Shown here: piece after piece, positions 35,560-44,653 of the stretch
How positions within the stretch are numbered: the stretch's first letter is position 1
Layout of the letters: each line of letters opens with the position of its first letter
Source: Bryobacteraceae bacterium
GTDB taxonomy: Bacteria; Acidobacteriota; Terriglobia; Bryobacterales; Bryobacteraceae
Length of the DNA: 64,000 nucleotides
Assembly: GCA_049522755.1 (NCBI GenBank)
Contig: JBEKNN010000005.1
Span: 15,768 to 79,767 of the forward strand
Direction: 5' to 3'
The notes under the pieces: generated by a model
What the model saw: the letters and a program-made list of their open reading frames with translations, nothing else
What the model was told of the DNA's origin: nothing
The model's database searches: none
Translations under genes and position numbers: made by a program

Positions 35560-36269
35560 TGGAGTGGCGGCGAAGTAACCGATCGGGACGGTCAGCCATT
35601 GCGTGGAGTGAACGTGCGGCTCGCAGCGTACGCATCGTGGGCGGTATGAGGCAAACCAACGCCGACCGTACGGCTACCACCGACGACCGGGGAATTTTTC
35701 GCGTCTGGAATCTTTTGCCGGGTAAGTACTACGTTGAGGTGGCCGGCCGCAGTGGAGGCGCCAATTTGTATGCAGGCGATTCACCGCCGCAATACAATGC
35801 GGATCAGGCTTTTCTTCCGGGCTACTTCGGCGGCGGCAGAAGCCTGGAGTCGGCGGCCCCCGTCGAGATCGAGGCTGGAACCGAAGCCACGGCCGATGCC
35901 GCCCTGAAGCTTGAGCCTTCCAACAAGATTCGCGGCTCCCTGGCGAATTTCGTTCCCCGGCGGACCGTCAAGTTCGAACTCTTTGCGGCCGATGAGGATG
36001 TCTCCGCGAGCCGAGTAAGCGTCAATGGGAACACCGGACGGTTCGAGATTCAGGACGTAGTGGCTGGCGCCTACACTTTGCGCGCGACCCAGGGCGAGAG
36101 TGTCGCTGAGGTTGGCGTTAGCGTCAATGGCAATGACGTGGATGGAATATTGGCGCAGCTTATGCCGGGCGTAGACATCAAGATTGTCACTCGTTTCGCC
36201 GGCGTACAGGGGCACAATCCGCCGGCGGCCTATGCCAAGCGGTTCCCGCGGCAAAACTGGATTAGCTAG
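35560..36269 (+). pseudogene. Fragment of a carboxypeptidase-regulatory-like (CarboxypepD_reg) repeat protein. It lacks a start and is frameshifted near 35640.
   Basis: One frame gives GEVTDRDGQPLRGVNVRLAAY before it stops at 35647. The next frame gives TTDDRGIFRVWNLLPGKYYVEV and GRFEIQDVVAGAYTLRA, both typical of this domain. There is no signal peptide or start context. Confidence 0.4.
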
Positions 36270-36350
36270 CTAACTGAAGTTACTCGCGCCGTTAGTGAGC
36301 TCAGTAAGTTAGCTACAACACTGGTCACTAACGCCTCGATTGTAAAACGC

Positions 36351-36389
36351 GTTCACACGAGTGTGAACGCTGCACGCAAAAGTGCGTGC
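36351..36389 (-). terminator. Conserved double hairpin downstream of ADOP paralog A (gttcacacGAgtgtgaac and gcacgcaAAAGtgcgtgc)
   Basis: Two perfect stems (8 and 7 bp) lie 15-50 nt past the stop codon. A near-identical copy lies at 39097-39134. There is no U-tract, so terminator function is uncertain. Confidence 0.35.
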
Positions 36390-36403
36390 GCCACGGCCAA
36401 GCC

Positions 36404-39046
36404 CTATTCCGAACGCAGCATACTAACCGGATCGATCCGCACCGCGTGAATCACCGCCGGCAGCGCGGCCAGCAGCGCCGCCGCCAGAATGGCGAACAAC
36501 GGCAGCGCCAGCATGGCCGGGTCGGTGGCCTTCACCTGGAAGAACAGCGATTCGATGTATCGCACCGATGCTAAACCAAGCGCCATTCCCGCTAGCGCGC
36601 CCGCGGCCACCATTGCCAACACGTCCACCGCCACCAGCCGCGCGATGCCGCCGGCCTGCGCGCCGATCGCCATCCGAATGCCAATCTCCTTCCGCCGCTG
36701 CAGCACCGAATAGTCCAGCACGCCAAACAGTCCGATACCCGCGAGCAACAGCGCCACCGCCGCGAAGAACAGCGTCAACATCGCCAGCAGGCGCTCGCTG
36801 ACTGTATGTTGCTGAACGAGTGCGGCCTGTGTCCGGATGTTACTGACGCGGAATCCCGGACGCGCCCGTGACGCCTCGCGGCGCAGAACTGCCGCCAGTT
36901 CCAGCGGGTTTCGGCTGGATGTGCGCACTATGAATGTCCCGCGGCTGTAGTTCGCTTGGAAAGGGAAATAAGCAATGGGCTGCATTGGCTCGCGCATGTC
37001 CTTGTAACGGGTGTCCGCCACCAAACCCACCACCTGATATCTGGTACGCCGGCCTTCATTGGCAACAACCTCAAACGACTTGCCGACTGGGCTCTCGATT
37101 CCGAAGTACTGCTTCGCGAATGTCTGGTTGACCATGGCCGACCCCGGCAGCGCATCGCTTGCGCCAAAATCCCTGCCTTTGAGCAAAGGAATTTTCATCA
37201 CCTGTCGCCACTCGGGCGAGATACTTAGAAAATAGGATGCGACCGCACCCGGAGCGGCTCCGTTCACTGAGATGAATCCGTTCCAGCTCTCTCCGGTCAT
37301 CAACGGCCACTCGCACATCGCCACCGCCTCGACGCCCTGCACCGTGCGCAGATGTTCCGCGACCTGCTGCCATGCAGCCGGCGGCTGCGGAAGCGCCGTC
37401 AGCGTCTCCAGCGTGAGAAGCCGCTCGACGGAAAATCCAGTAGCTTGATGGGAAAGCCGCCCGGACGTCGCGACGCAGAGTCCCGCGACGAAAAGTACGA
37501 GAAAGCAGAAGGCAACCTGGACTGCGATCAGCGCTTGCATCAGGCGCGGCCGCGAGTGCGGACGGTCTCCACCCTTGAGCGCACTCGCGGGCTTCACCCC
37601 TGACGCGCGCAGAGCCGGCGCCAGGCCAAACAGGCAGGTCACGCCAAGGGCTAATGCCAAGCCGAATCCCAGCACTCTCCAATCCGCTGCAAGAACCAGG
37701 CGCGTCGGGTTCTCGCTCGTACCGATCATGCTGACGACGAATGGCGCGGACCACCAGGCGAAGCAGGCGCCGATGCCTGCCGCCAGTAACGTCAGCCATG
37801 CGCACTCCACCAGCAGCAGTTGGACCAGGCGCCCCCGCCCGGCGCCGATGGACACTCGCAGAGCCATCTCGCGCTGCCGCGCCGCCGCCTGCGCCGTCAT
37901 CAGATTGGCGACGTTGGCGCACGCGATCAGAAGCACCAGCGCTACCAGCAAACCAAGCGCCATGAGCGGCATTCCGTACTCTTTCTGCATCCCTGACACG
38001 CCGGCCGGCGCGGGGCTTACCAGCAATTTCTGGCTCAGGTATCCGTCCATTTCCTGCTTCGGTATTGCGGCGAAACCCTTCGCGCTTTCCTCCAGGAATC
38101 CTCGAAACACGGCGCGCAGTCTCTCATGAACGGGTGAGACGTCGACGCCCGGCTTCAACTCGACGAACGTCCGGAACCAGCGATAATCCGAACGCACAAT
38201 CGCGTTATGCTTTGCCATCATGGTGGGAACGAAAATGTCCGTTACGGTTCCCGGCGCGGTTCCGGTAAACTTTGCCTGTGCAACGCCGATGATCCGATAG
38301 AGGTCATCGCCCGTCCGAAAGGTCCGCCCGATCACGCTGTGGTCCTGTCCAAAACGCCGCGTCCAATAATCGTAAGACAGCACGGCGTAGGGATGTGCGC
38401 CCGGCGTCACGTCGTCACTTTCCGTAAATAGCCGGCCCAGCGCGGGGCGAACTCCGAACGAGCCGAACATCCAACCCGAGACGTACTGTTGATAGGCTTT
38501 TTCCATCTCCGGATCCGACCGGTAAGTCAGATCGATTCGGGCGGCATTCGAGATAGCGATCAACTCGGCTTGGTCCCTTACCACGGCGCGCATCTGCCGG
38601 AACATAGGATAGGCACACGCGTCACCAGTGGCGATTTTGCCGTCCGGGCCGGTGGATTGATGGGACAAAACGTAGAGCCGCTCAGACCCGGCGACTGGCA
38701 ATGGCCGCCATAGCGTGGCGTCGATGAGCCGGAATGCCGAGGTGCATGCGCCAATCGCAAGCGCGAGTGAAAGGATGGCCGCTGCGGAGGTCACCTTTCG
38801 CTTCATAAGTTGCCGCCATCCAAAGACAGCGTCGGCGCGGAGCGAATCGAGCCACGGGATGAGATGGATGTCGCGGCTCTCTTCGCTATGCCGTAGCGCG
38901 GAGCCGAACGCTCTGCGGGCTTCGGCGGCGTCGCGCCCCTGCTCGATGGCGTCTTCGATATGCGACTGTAGCTCTTCCTCGATTTCGCGGGCGACACTGT
39001 CAGAGCGAATGAGATTGGCGATGCGTGACCAAAGCGACATATTCAA
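36404..39046 (-). CDS. ADOP-type MacB/FtsX permease (tandem paralog A) with an N-terminal cytoplasmic extension
   Basis: 880 aa. MSLWSRIANLIRSDSVAREIEEELQSHIEDAIEQGRDAAEARRAFG, then duplicated FtsX modules. Ends IDPVSMLRSE. Confidence 0.9.
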   Translation of the reverse strand: MNMSLWSRIANLIRSDSVAREIEEELQSHIEDAIEQGRDAAEARRAFGSALRHSEESRDIHLIPWLDSLRADAVFGWRQLMKRKVTSAAAILSLALAIGACTSAFRLIDATLWRPLPVAGSERLYVLSHQSTGPDGKIATGDACAYPMFRQMRAVVRDQAELIAISNAARIDLTYRSDPEMEKAYQQYVSGWMFGSFGVRPALGRLFTESDDVTPGAHPYAVLSYDYWTRRFGQDHSVIGRTFRTGDDLYRIIGVAQAKFTGTAPGTVTDIFVPTMMAKHNAIVRSDYRWFRTFVELKPGVDVSPVHERLRAVFRGFLEESAKGFAAIPKQEMDGYLSQKLLVSPAPAGVSGMQKEYGMPLMALGLLVALVLLIACANVANLMTAQAAARQREMALRVSIGAGRGRLVQLLLVECAWLTLLAAGIGACFAWWSAPFVVSMIGTSENPTRLVLAADWRVLGFGLALALGVTCLFGLAPALRASGVKPASALKGGDRPHSRPRLMQALIAVQVAFCFLVLFVAGLCVATSGRLSHQATGFSVERLLTLETLTALPQPPAAWQQVAEHLRTVQGVEAVAMCEWPLMTGESWNGFISVNGAAPGAVASYFLSISPEWRQVMKIPLLKGRDFGASDALPGSAMVNQTFAKQYFGIESPVGKSFEVVANEGRRTRYQVVGLVADTRYKDMREPMQPIAYFPFQANYSRGTFIVRTSSRNPLELAAVLRREASRARPGFRVSNIRTQAALVQQHTVSERLLAMLTLFFAAVALLLAGIGLFGVLDYSVLQRRKEIGIRMAIGAQAGGIARLVAVDVLAMVAAGALAGMALGLASVRYIESLFFQVKATDPAMLALPLFAILAAALLAALPAVIHAVRIDPVSMLRSE

Positions 39047-39096
39047 GAACCTCCTAACCCTTCATGGGAACGCATTTTCCCAGCCGCCAACAGCGC

Positions 39097-39134
39097 GTTC
39101 ACACGAGTGTGAACGCTGCACGCAGAGTGCGTGC
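39097..39134 (-). terminator. Second copy of the conserved double hairpin, between the tandem ADOP genes
   Basis: gttcacacgagtgtgaac and gcacgcagagtgcgtgc, a duplicate of 36351-36389. Confidence 0.35.
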
Positions 39135-39148
39135 GCCACGGCCAAGCC

Positions 39149-41809
39149 CTACTCCGAACGCAGCATAATGACTGGATCGATATGCACCGCGTGGATCACC
39201 GCCGGCAGCGCGGCCAGCAGCGCCGCCGCCACAATGGTCAGCGAGGGTATCGCCAGCATCGCCGGGTCGGTGGCCTTCACCTGGAAGAACAGCGATTCAA
39301 TGTATCGCGCCGACGCCAGACCGAGCGCTACGCCTCCCAGCGCCCCGGCCGCCACCATCGACAGGACATCCACCGCCACCAGCCGCGCGATGCCGCCGGC
39401 TTGCGCGCCGATCGCCATGCGAATGCCGATCTCCTTCCTCCGCAGCAACACCGAGTAGTCCAGCACGCCGTACAACCCCACCCCTGCCAGCAGCAGCGCG
39501 ATTCCCGCGAAGAATACGCCCAGCATCGCCAGCAGCCGCTCACGCACCGTGTGCGCCTGGTCGATCTCGGTTTGTGTGCGTATGTTGCTCACACGAAATT
39601 CCGCGCGTGCATTCGGCACTTCCCGGCGAAGTATCGACGCGAGGGCGAGCGGATTCGCACTGGACGTGCGGACCACGAATGTGCCGCGGCTCATCGGCAG
39701 AAACGCTCCCTTGGCATCGATCGCTTGAAACGGAACGTAGGCCGTCGGCCGGATGGGCCGTCGCATGTCGTCTCTTGAGCGGGCGTCGCCGACGAAGCCC
39801 ACCACCTGAAAACGAGACCGCGAATCGCCGGGCCCGACTCTCTCGAACCACTTCCCAATTGGATTTTCACCGTCGAAATACTGCTTCGCGAAACTCTGAT
39901 TGACTATTGCTACCGCCGGACTGGCATCGCCCGGGACAAAGTCTCTGCCGCCGAGGAGAGGAATCCGCATCGTATCCATCCAGCCCGGCGAAACATTCAG
40001 AAAATCGGAAAAGACTTCGGATGGCGCTCCGCCGTTAATCGAAATATCGCCGACCGCGCTCTCGCCGCTCATCAGCGGCCATACCGTTAACGCGGCCGTC
40101 TCCACGCCGGGGACCCCGCGCAGATGCTCGAGCACCTGCTGCCAATAGACCGGCAGCTGCGGACGCCGCGGCAGTGTTTCCAGGTTGAGAATCCGCTGCG
40201 CGGAGAACCCTGTGGGCTGATGCGACAGCCGGTCGAACGTGCTTGAGAACAGGCCTGCCGCGAAGTGCACCACAAAACAGAAAGCAATCTGGACCGCGAT
40301 CAGCGCGTGCATCAGCCTGCGGCGCGAGTGCGGATCTTCGCCGCCCTTCAGCACGCCGGCCGGCCTGACTGCCGAGGCGCGCAGCGCAGGCCCGAGACCA
40401 AGCACAAAGGTCACCACTAGAGCCAGCGCCAGGCCGAATCCGAGAACCCGCCAGTCCGCCGGAAGTATCAGGCGCGCGGGGTTATCCGGCGAGTCGATCA
40501 TGCCGACGATAAACGGCGCGGCCCACCACGCGAATAACCCGCCAATGACCGTGGCGATAAACGCCAGCCAGATGCTTTCCATCAGCAGCAACTGTGTCAG
40601 ACGCCATCGCGTGGCGCCGATCGAGATGCGGAGCGCCATTTCACGCGCCCGCGCCGCCGCCTGCGCCGTCATCAGGTTGGCGACGTTGGCGCACGCAATC
40701 AGCAGCACCAGCGCCACCAGGATTCCGAGAGCGGTGAGCGCGCTGCGGTAATACCTCTGCAGATTGGAGCGTCCGCTGCCCGCGGGCTCCAGCAACAGCT
40801 TTTCTTGACGGGCTTCCTCCCGCCGCCGGTCGATGGCGGAAAAACTCTTCGCCCGCTCCTCCTCGACCGCGCGATAGGTTACGCTCAGCATCTGGTGAAC
40901 GGGCTCGGGCGCAATGCCCGGCCGCAATGCCACCATTGTCCGCAGCCAGAAGTTGTTGGAGCTGGCGAGCGTGCGTGGATTCTTCATCGCCATGGGAAGG
41001 AAGATGTCGGTTACCGTACCGGTTTCCGTGCCGGTAAAGCCCTCCGGGGCCACGCCGGCGATCTCAAAGTGGGTATCGCCCATGCGAAAGGTTCGGCCGA
41101 TCACGTTCCGGTCCTGTCCGAAGCGGCGCGTCCAATACTCGTAAGAGAGCACGGCGTAGGGGCTCGCGCCGACCTTGTCATCGTCGTTCTCGGTAAGCAG
41201 CCGCCCTGCAGCCGGGTGCAGTCCGAACGCGCCGAACATCCAGCCGGAAACGAATTGCCGGTATGCTTTCTCCATCTCCTGGTCTGAGCCATAGGTCAAA
41301 TCGCTGCGTTCCGCGTATGAGATCGCGATCAGCTCGGCCTCCCCCCGCGCCGTGGAGCGCATCTGGAGGAACATCGGATACGAGCAGCTATCGTATACAA
41401 AGGTCTTGCCATCGGCGCCGATGTCCTCAAAAGCGACCACGTACAGCCGCTCCGGGTTCGCAACCGGCAATGGCCGCAGCAGCAGGGCGTCGATGAGCCG
41501 GAATGCCGACGTGCATGACCCGATCGCCAGAGCCAGCGACAGGATGGCCGCCGCGGACGTCGCCTTGCGCTTCATAATCTGCCGCCAGCCGAAGACGGCG
41601 TCGGCGCGCAGCGAATCGATCCACGGGATAAGCCGGATGTCGCGGCTCTCTTCGCGCCGCCGTAGCGCGGAGCCAAACGCTCTGCGGGCTTCAGCGGGGT
41701 CGCGGCCTAGCTCGATCGCTTCCTCAATATGCGCGTGGAGCTCTTCATCGATTTCACGGTTCAAGCCGTCGCCGCGAAGGACATTTGCGATGCGCGACCA
41801 AAGCGACAT
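39149..41809 (-). CDS. ADOP-type MacB/FtsX permease (tandem paralog B) with an N-terminal cytoplasmic extension
   Basis: 886 aa. MSLWSRIANVLRGDGLNREIDEELHAHIEEAIELGRDPAEARRAFG. Its start lies 2 nt after the padR stop. Confidence 0.9.
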   Translation of the reverse strand: MSLWSRIANVLRGDGLNREIDEELHAHIEEAIELGRDPAEARRAFGSALRRREESRDIRLIPWIDSLRADAVFGWRQIMKRKATSAAAILSLALAIGSCTSAFRLIDALLLRPLPVANPERLYVVAFEDIGADGKTFVYDSCSYPMFLQMRSTARGEAELIAISYAERSDLTYGSDQEMEKAYRQFVSGWMFGAFGLHPAAGRLLTENDDDKVGASPYAVLSYEYWTRRFGQDRNVIGRTFRMGDTHFEIAGVAPEGFTGTETGTVTDIFLPMAMKNPRTLASSNNFWLRTMVALRPGIAPEPVHQMLSVTYRAVEEERAKSFSAIDRRREEARQEKLLLEPAGSGRSNLQRYYRSALTALGILVALVLLIACANVANLMTAQAAARAREMALRISIGATRWRLTQLLLMESIWLAFIATVIGGLFAWWAAPFIVGMIDSPDNPARLILPADWRVLGFGLALALVVTFVLGLGPALRASAVRPAGVLKGGEDPHSRRRLMHALIAVQIAFCFVVHFAAGLFSSTFDRLSHQPTGFSAQRILNLETLPRRPQLPVYWQQVLEHLRGVPGVETAALTVWPLMSGESAVGDISINGGAPSEVFSDFLNVSPGWMDTMRIPLLGGRDFVPGDASPAVAIVNQSFAKQYFDGENPIGKWFERVGPGDSRSRFQVVGFVGDARSRDDMRRPIRPTAYVPFQAIDAKGAFLPMSRGTFVVRTSSANPLALASILRREVPNARAEFRVSNIRTQTEIDQAHTVRERLLAMLGVFFAGIALLLAGVGLYGVLDYSVLLRRKEIGIRMAIGAQAGGIARLVAVDVLSMVAAGALGGVALGLASARYIESLFFQVKATDPAMLAIPSLTIVAAALLAALPAVIHAVHIDPVIMLRSE

Positions 41810-41811
41810 AG

Positions 41812-42141
41812 TTAAGCCATCCTCAGGACGCGATTCACGGCCGAAGTGACCGCTTGCCAGCGCGACTCTTCCGCGGCAAGCTGCCTCTTGCCCCCCGCCG
41901 TCAATTCATAGATACGCGCCCTGCGCCCGGTGTCTTTCACGATCCACTCGGCGCGAATCCAGCCGGCTTCTTCCATCCGATGGAGCGCCGGATAGAGCGA
42001 GCCTTCCTCGACGCGGAGCACTTCCGCGGACATGCCCTGGATGGCGGACATGATGGCGTAGCCGTGAAGGCGCGGCCGCCGCGAGAGGATCTTCAACACC
42101 AGCAGATCGAGCGAGCCTTGCAGCGAATCGGGTTTGGGCAT
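41812..42141 (-). CDS. PadR-family transcriptional regulator
   Basis: 109 aa. LDLLVLKILSRRPRLHGYAI...EEGSLYPALHRMEEAGWI...RRARIYELTAGGKRQL. Confidence 0.9.
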   Translation of the reverse strand: MPKPDSLQGSLDLLVLKILSRRPRLHGYAIMSAIQGMSAEVLRVEEGSLYPALHRMEEAGWIRAEWIVKDTGRRARIYELTAGGKRQLAAEESRWQAVTSAVNRVLRMA

Positions 42142-42143
42142 AC

Positions 42144-42155
42144 TCAGACGTCTGA
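42144..42155. promoter_or_regulatory. Perfect 12-bp palindrome TCAGACGTCTGA, 2 nt upstream of the padR start codon. Candidate operator.
   Basis: Read directly. An adjacent 8-bp palindrome ATACGTAT lies at 42156-42163. Confidence 0.3.
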
Positions 42156-42201
42156 ATACGTATACTGGCGAGCGGCAAAAAGGTTACGACACATTCATCC
42201 T

Positions 42202-42307
42202 GTAGGGCGGACCCCCTGGACCCGCTCTTCGACCAGCCAAATCAGTCGGACGCGATCCTGAAAGGCCGACCGGGGGGTCGGCCGCGGACCAGGGGGTCCG
42301 CCCTACA
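42202..42307. repeat. Composite REP-like element: an 18-bp perfect inverted repeat (gtagggcggaccccctgg / ccagggggtccgccctac) flanking 70 bp that contain the hairpin ggccgaccGGGGggtcggcc
   Basis: Read directly. The minus-strand end reads GTAGGGC-GGACCCCCTGGTCC-GC-GGCCGACCCCCCGGTCGGCC, which is the same head plus two-hairpin layout as 6002 and 53694. Confidence 0.6.
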
Positions 42308-42380
42308 AGTTGTAAGTGACATTGGGTTGCCGACCGGCGGCCGATTATCAATCGGCCCAGTTTCGCTACTTGGAACGCCA

Positions 42381-42418
42381 GCCTGTCACCGTTTGACAGG
42401 CCAGGAGGCCTGTCCCAC
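42381..42418 (-). repeat. REP-like element (GTGGGACAGGCCTCCTGGCCTGTC plus an overlapping alternative stem GCCTGTCA/TGACAGGC)
   Basis: It lies 5 nt downstream of the PRTase stop codon. Confidence 0.55.
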
Positions 42419-42423
42419 TAGCG

Positions 42424-43038
42424 CTAAATCCAGACCTTCACCAGCGGCGTCCCGTTCTTGCACCACTCGCAATGGTCGCTATCTACTGCATAGCTGGCAT
42501 CCAGCTTCGCCAGGTAGTAAAGCGGCAGATTCCCGAAATCCGCGCAGCCGGGTTGCGGCTGGTAGATCACCACCGCCAGCCCCACCACCATTGCGCCGCG
42601 CGATTCCAGCAGCTTTCGCAGCTCGGAAAGCTTGCTCCCGGTGCGCAGGATATCGTCCACCAGAACCACCGGCTCGCCGGGCTGCGGGTCCAGGAACTGA
42701 CGAAAGCGCAGGGGATCCTTGGCGTTATCGCGCTCCGCCCAGTAAACCTGTTTGGCGCGCAACGCCTCGCACACGCCGAATGCCACAGGCAGGCCGCCCG
42801 TTATGGGCGTGACGATGGAAAGATCCTGCGTGATGGCGCGGATCTCGGGATTGGCGCGCAATAGCCGCGCCAGGCCTACCGATAGCAAACGCTGGTATTG
42901 GTAGTGACGCAGGGCAAGGGGAACCTGCAGGTATTCGTTCGAGTGCAAGCCCTTTGGATCTTCAAAGTGCCCGTCGCGTAGCGCGCCCGTTTCGCGCAGC
43001 ACGCCGACAACTTCTTCTTGAGTGGGAAGCAGGTGCAT
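42424..43038 (-). CDS. Type I phosphoribosyltransferase (orotate PRTase-like) protein
   Basis: Start chosen at [10 protein letters not shown], 2 nt after the upstream stop. PRPP-binding loop [14 protein letters not shown]-terminal HCEWC. Confidence 0.7.
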   Translation of the reverse strand: MHLLPTQEEVVGVLRETGALRDGHFEDPKGLHSNEYLQVPLALRHYQYQRLLSVGLARLLRANPEIRAITQDLSIVTPITGGLPVAFGVCEALRAKQVYWAERDNAKDPLRFRQFLDPQPGEPVVLVDDILRTGSKLSELRKLLESRGAMVVGLAVVIYQPQPGCADFGNLPLYYLAKLDASYAVDSDHCEWCKNGTPLVKVWI

Positions 43039-43040
43039 AT

Positions 43041-44453
43041 TCAGTTGGCTCCGTGGCCCGTCAGAACCCGTGGAATTGTGCGCAGCAAAATGTTCCAATC
43101 GAGCGCGAGCGACCAGTTATCAATGTACTGCATGTCCATTTTCATCCAGGTTTCAAAATCCACCTGGTCGCGTCCGCAGACCGCCCACAGGCACGTGAGT
43201 CCGGGGCGCATGCGCAGCCGGCGGCGCTGCCAGCGCTTGTATCGCTCCACCTCGCTCGGCACCGCCGGCCGCGGACCCACCATCGACATATCGCCCCGCA
43301 GTACGTTCCACAACTGCGGCCACTCGTCGATGGAAAACTTGCGCAGAACCCGCCCCACGCGCGTCTGCCGCGGGTCGTCGGGCATCTTGAACGCGGTTTC
43401 GCGCGTGCTCAAGTGCGCCAGCGCGGGCTTCAGCTCCTCGGCGTTCTGCACCATCGAGCGGAATTTGTAGAACACAAACTGGCGGCCGTTCAAACCGCAG
43501 CGAACCTGGCGGAAGATGGCCGGCCCGGGCGACGTCAGGCGGATCAGAATGGCGACGGCTGCCATCAACGGCGAGAGCGCGATCAGGGCGGCGCCGGCTA
43601 TCGTCATATCGATGACCCGCTTCACCAGCAGGCGAATTTCATCGTAGGGGGCGGCGGAAAAAGTCAACAGCGGCGTCGCGCCCAACCGGTCGAGCGAGAT
43701 GGTGCTATTGACATGCGGGAAGAAATCCACGGCGATGCGCGTGCGCACGCCCTCTTCGTCGCAGAGCAAAAATACCTCTTCCAGCCCGGCTATGCTTTCG
43801 CTGCCCACGGCGAAGACGATTTCGTCGATCACATGTTCGCGCAGCAGGGCCGGCAATTCGCGGATGGGATAGACCGGGTACGTGGCGCCCAGCGCGATCT
43901 CTGCCGGGGCCGTCTCCAGCCGTTCGCTCAGGAATCCGCGCAAGCGCACGCCGTACTCCACCGAATCCTCCAACGCCTTCGCCAATTGGCGGGCGCGGTC
44001 TCCGGTACCCACCACCATTAAATAGTGCGGCCGGGTGAAGCCGCGGCGCAGAGCTCCAGAGACGCGTCCGGCTGTGAGGCGAAAAGTCAGCAGCAGGATC
44101 CACGCGAGACCGGCGAACAGCAATACAAAGAAGCGGCTCAACTCGAGCCGCACTACGTACTCCATCACCACCAGGCATAGCGCGCCGTAGACGCATTGTT
44201 TCGAGGCGTCGCGAAGAATCACGCGCGGGTGGCCGGAATCCAGCTTTTCGTAGATTTCGAGCCACCATGCGATGGCTACCCAGGCCAGCAGCGCCGAGCC
44301 TAGCACCAGCGCCATCTGCTCCGGGGTGAGAAAGAAGATGTGCTCCAGGTGGAGGATGGAACGCGTCCGATAGGCTATTACAAATGCCAGGGAGACCAGC
44401 AGGATGTCCGATATTCCAAACAAAACACGGGCTTTACGTGGCCGACTGAACAT
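43041..44453 (-). CDS. Polyprenyl (undecaprenyl)-phosphate glycosylphosphotransferase, exopolysaccharide initiating enzyme (WbaP/EpsB-like)
   Basis: 470 aa with N-terminal TMs. The C-terminal bacterial sugar transferase domain has [20 protein letters not shown]...FYKFRSM...[21 protein letters not shown]. Confidence 0.85.
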   Translation of the reverse strand: MFSRPRKARVLFGISDILLVSLAFVIAYRTRSILHLEHIFFLTPEQMALVLGSALLAWVAIAWWLEIYEKLDSGHPRVILRDASKQCVYGALCLVVMEYVVRLELSRFFVLLFAGLAWILLLTFRLTAGRVSGALRRGFTRPHYLMVVGTGDRARQLAKALEDSVEYGVRLRGFLSERLETAPAEIALGATYPVYPIRELPALLREHVIDEIVFAVGSESIAGLEEVFLLCDEEGVRTRIAVDFFPHVNSTISLDRLGATPLLTFSAAPYDEIRLLVKRVIDMTIAGAALIALSPLMAAVAILIRLTSPGPAIFRQVRCGLNGRQFVFYKFRSMVQNAEELKPALAHLSTRETAFKMPDDPRQTRVGRVLRKFSIDEWPQLWNVLRGDMSMVGPRPAVPSEVERYKRWQRRRLRMRPGLTCLWAVCGRDQVDFETWMKMDMQYIDNWSLALDWNILLRTIPRVLTGHGAN

Positions 44454-44653
44454 CCGGATTCAGCATAACATGCTTAAGGGGCAGGCAATCCCGTGGCAAG
44501 CCGGCTTGCATCCCGGCGCGCCAATGCGCGATTTTTCGCGCGTCGGCTTGAGCCGCCCGCCGAACTCCGGCTCGGGAATCCCCGTCGCCACTTAATGCGA
44601 AAACCGGGCGAACCGGATCCGTATTCAGTCGATTCCTAAACTTTCCGGGCGCC

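Noticed and set aside
42202-42418. Possible CRISPR array or MITE, suggested by the repeated hairpins.
   Set aside because: The repeats are not regularly spaced, are not identical, and are scattered singly across the window. No cas genes are present. They fit REP-like elements better. The MITE interpretation lacks target-site duplications.
44454-44653. Possible riboswitch (for example cobalamin) upstream of the TonB-dependent receptor.
   Set aside because: No B12-box-like or other riboswitch consensus could be recognised by eye. Only a short palindrome (GCAAGCCGGCTTGC) is present. A covariance-model scan would be needed.
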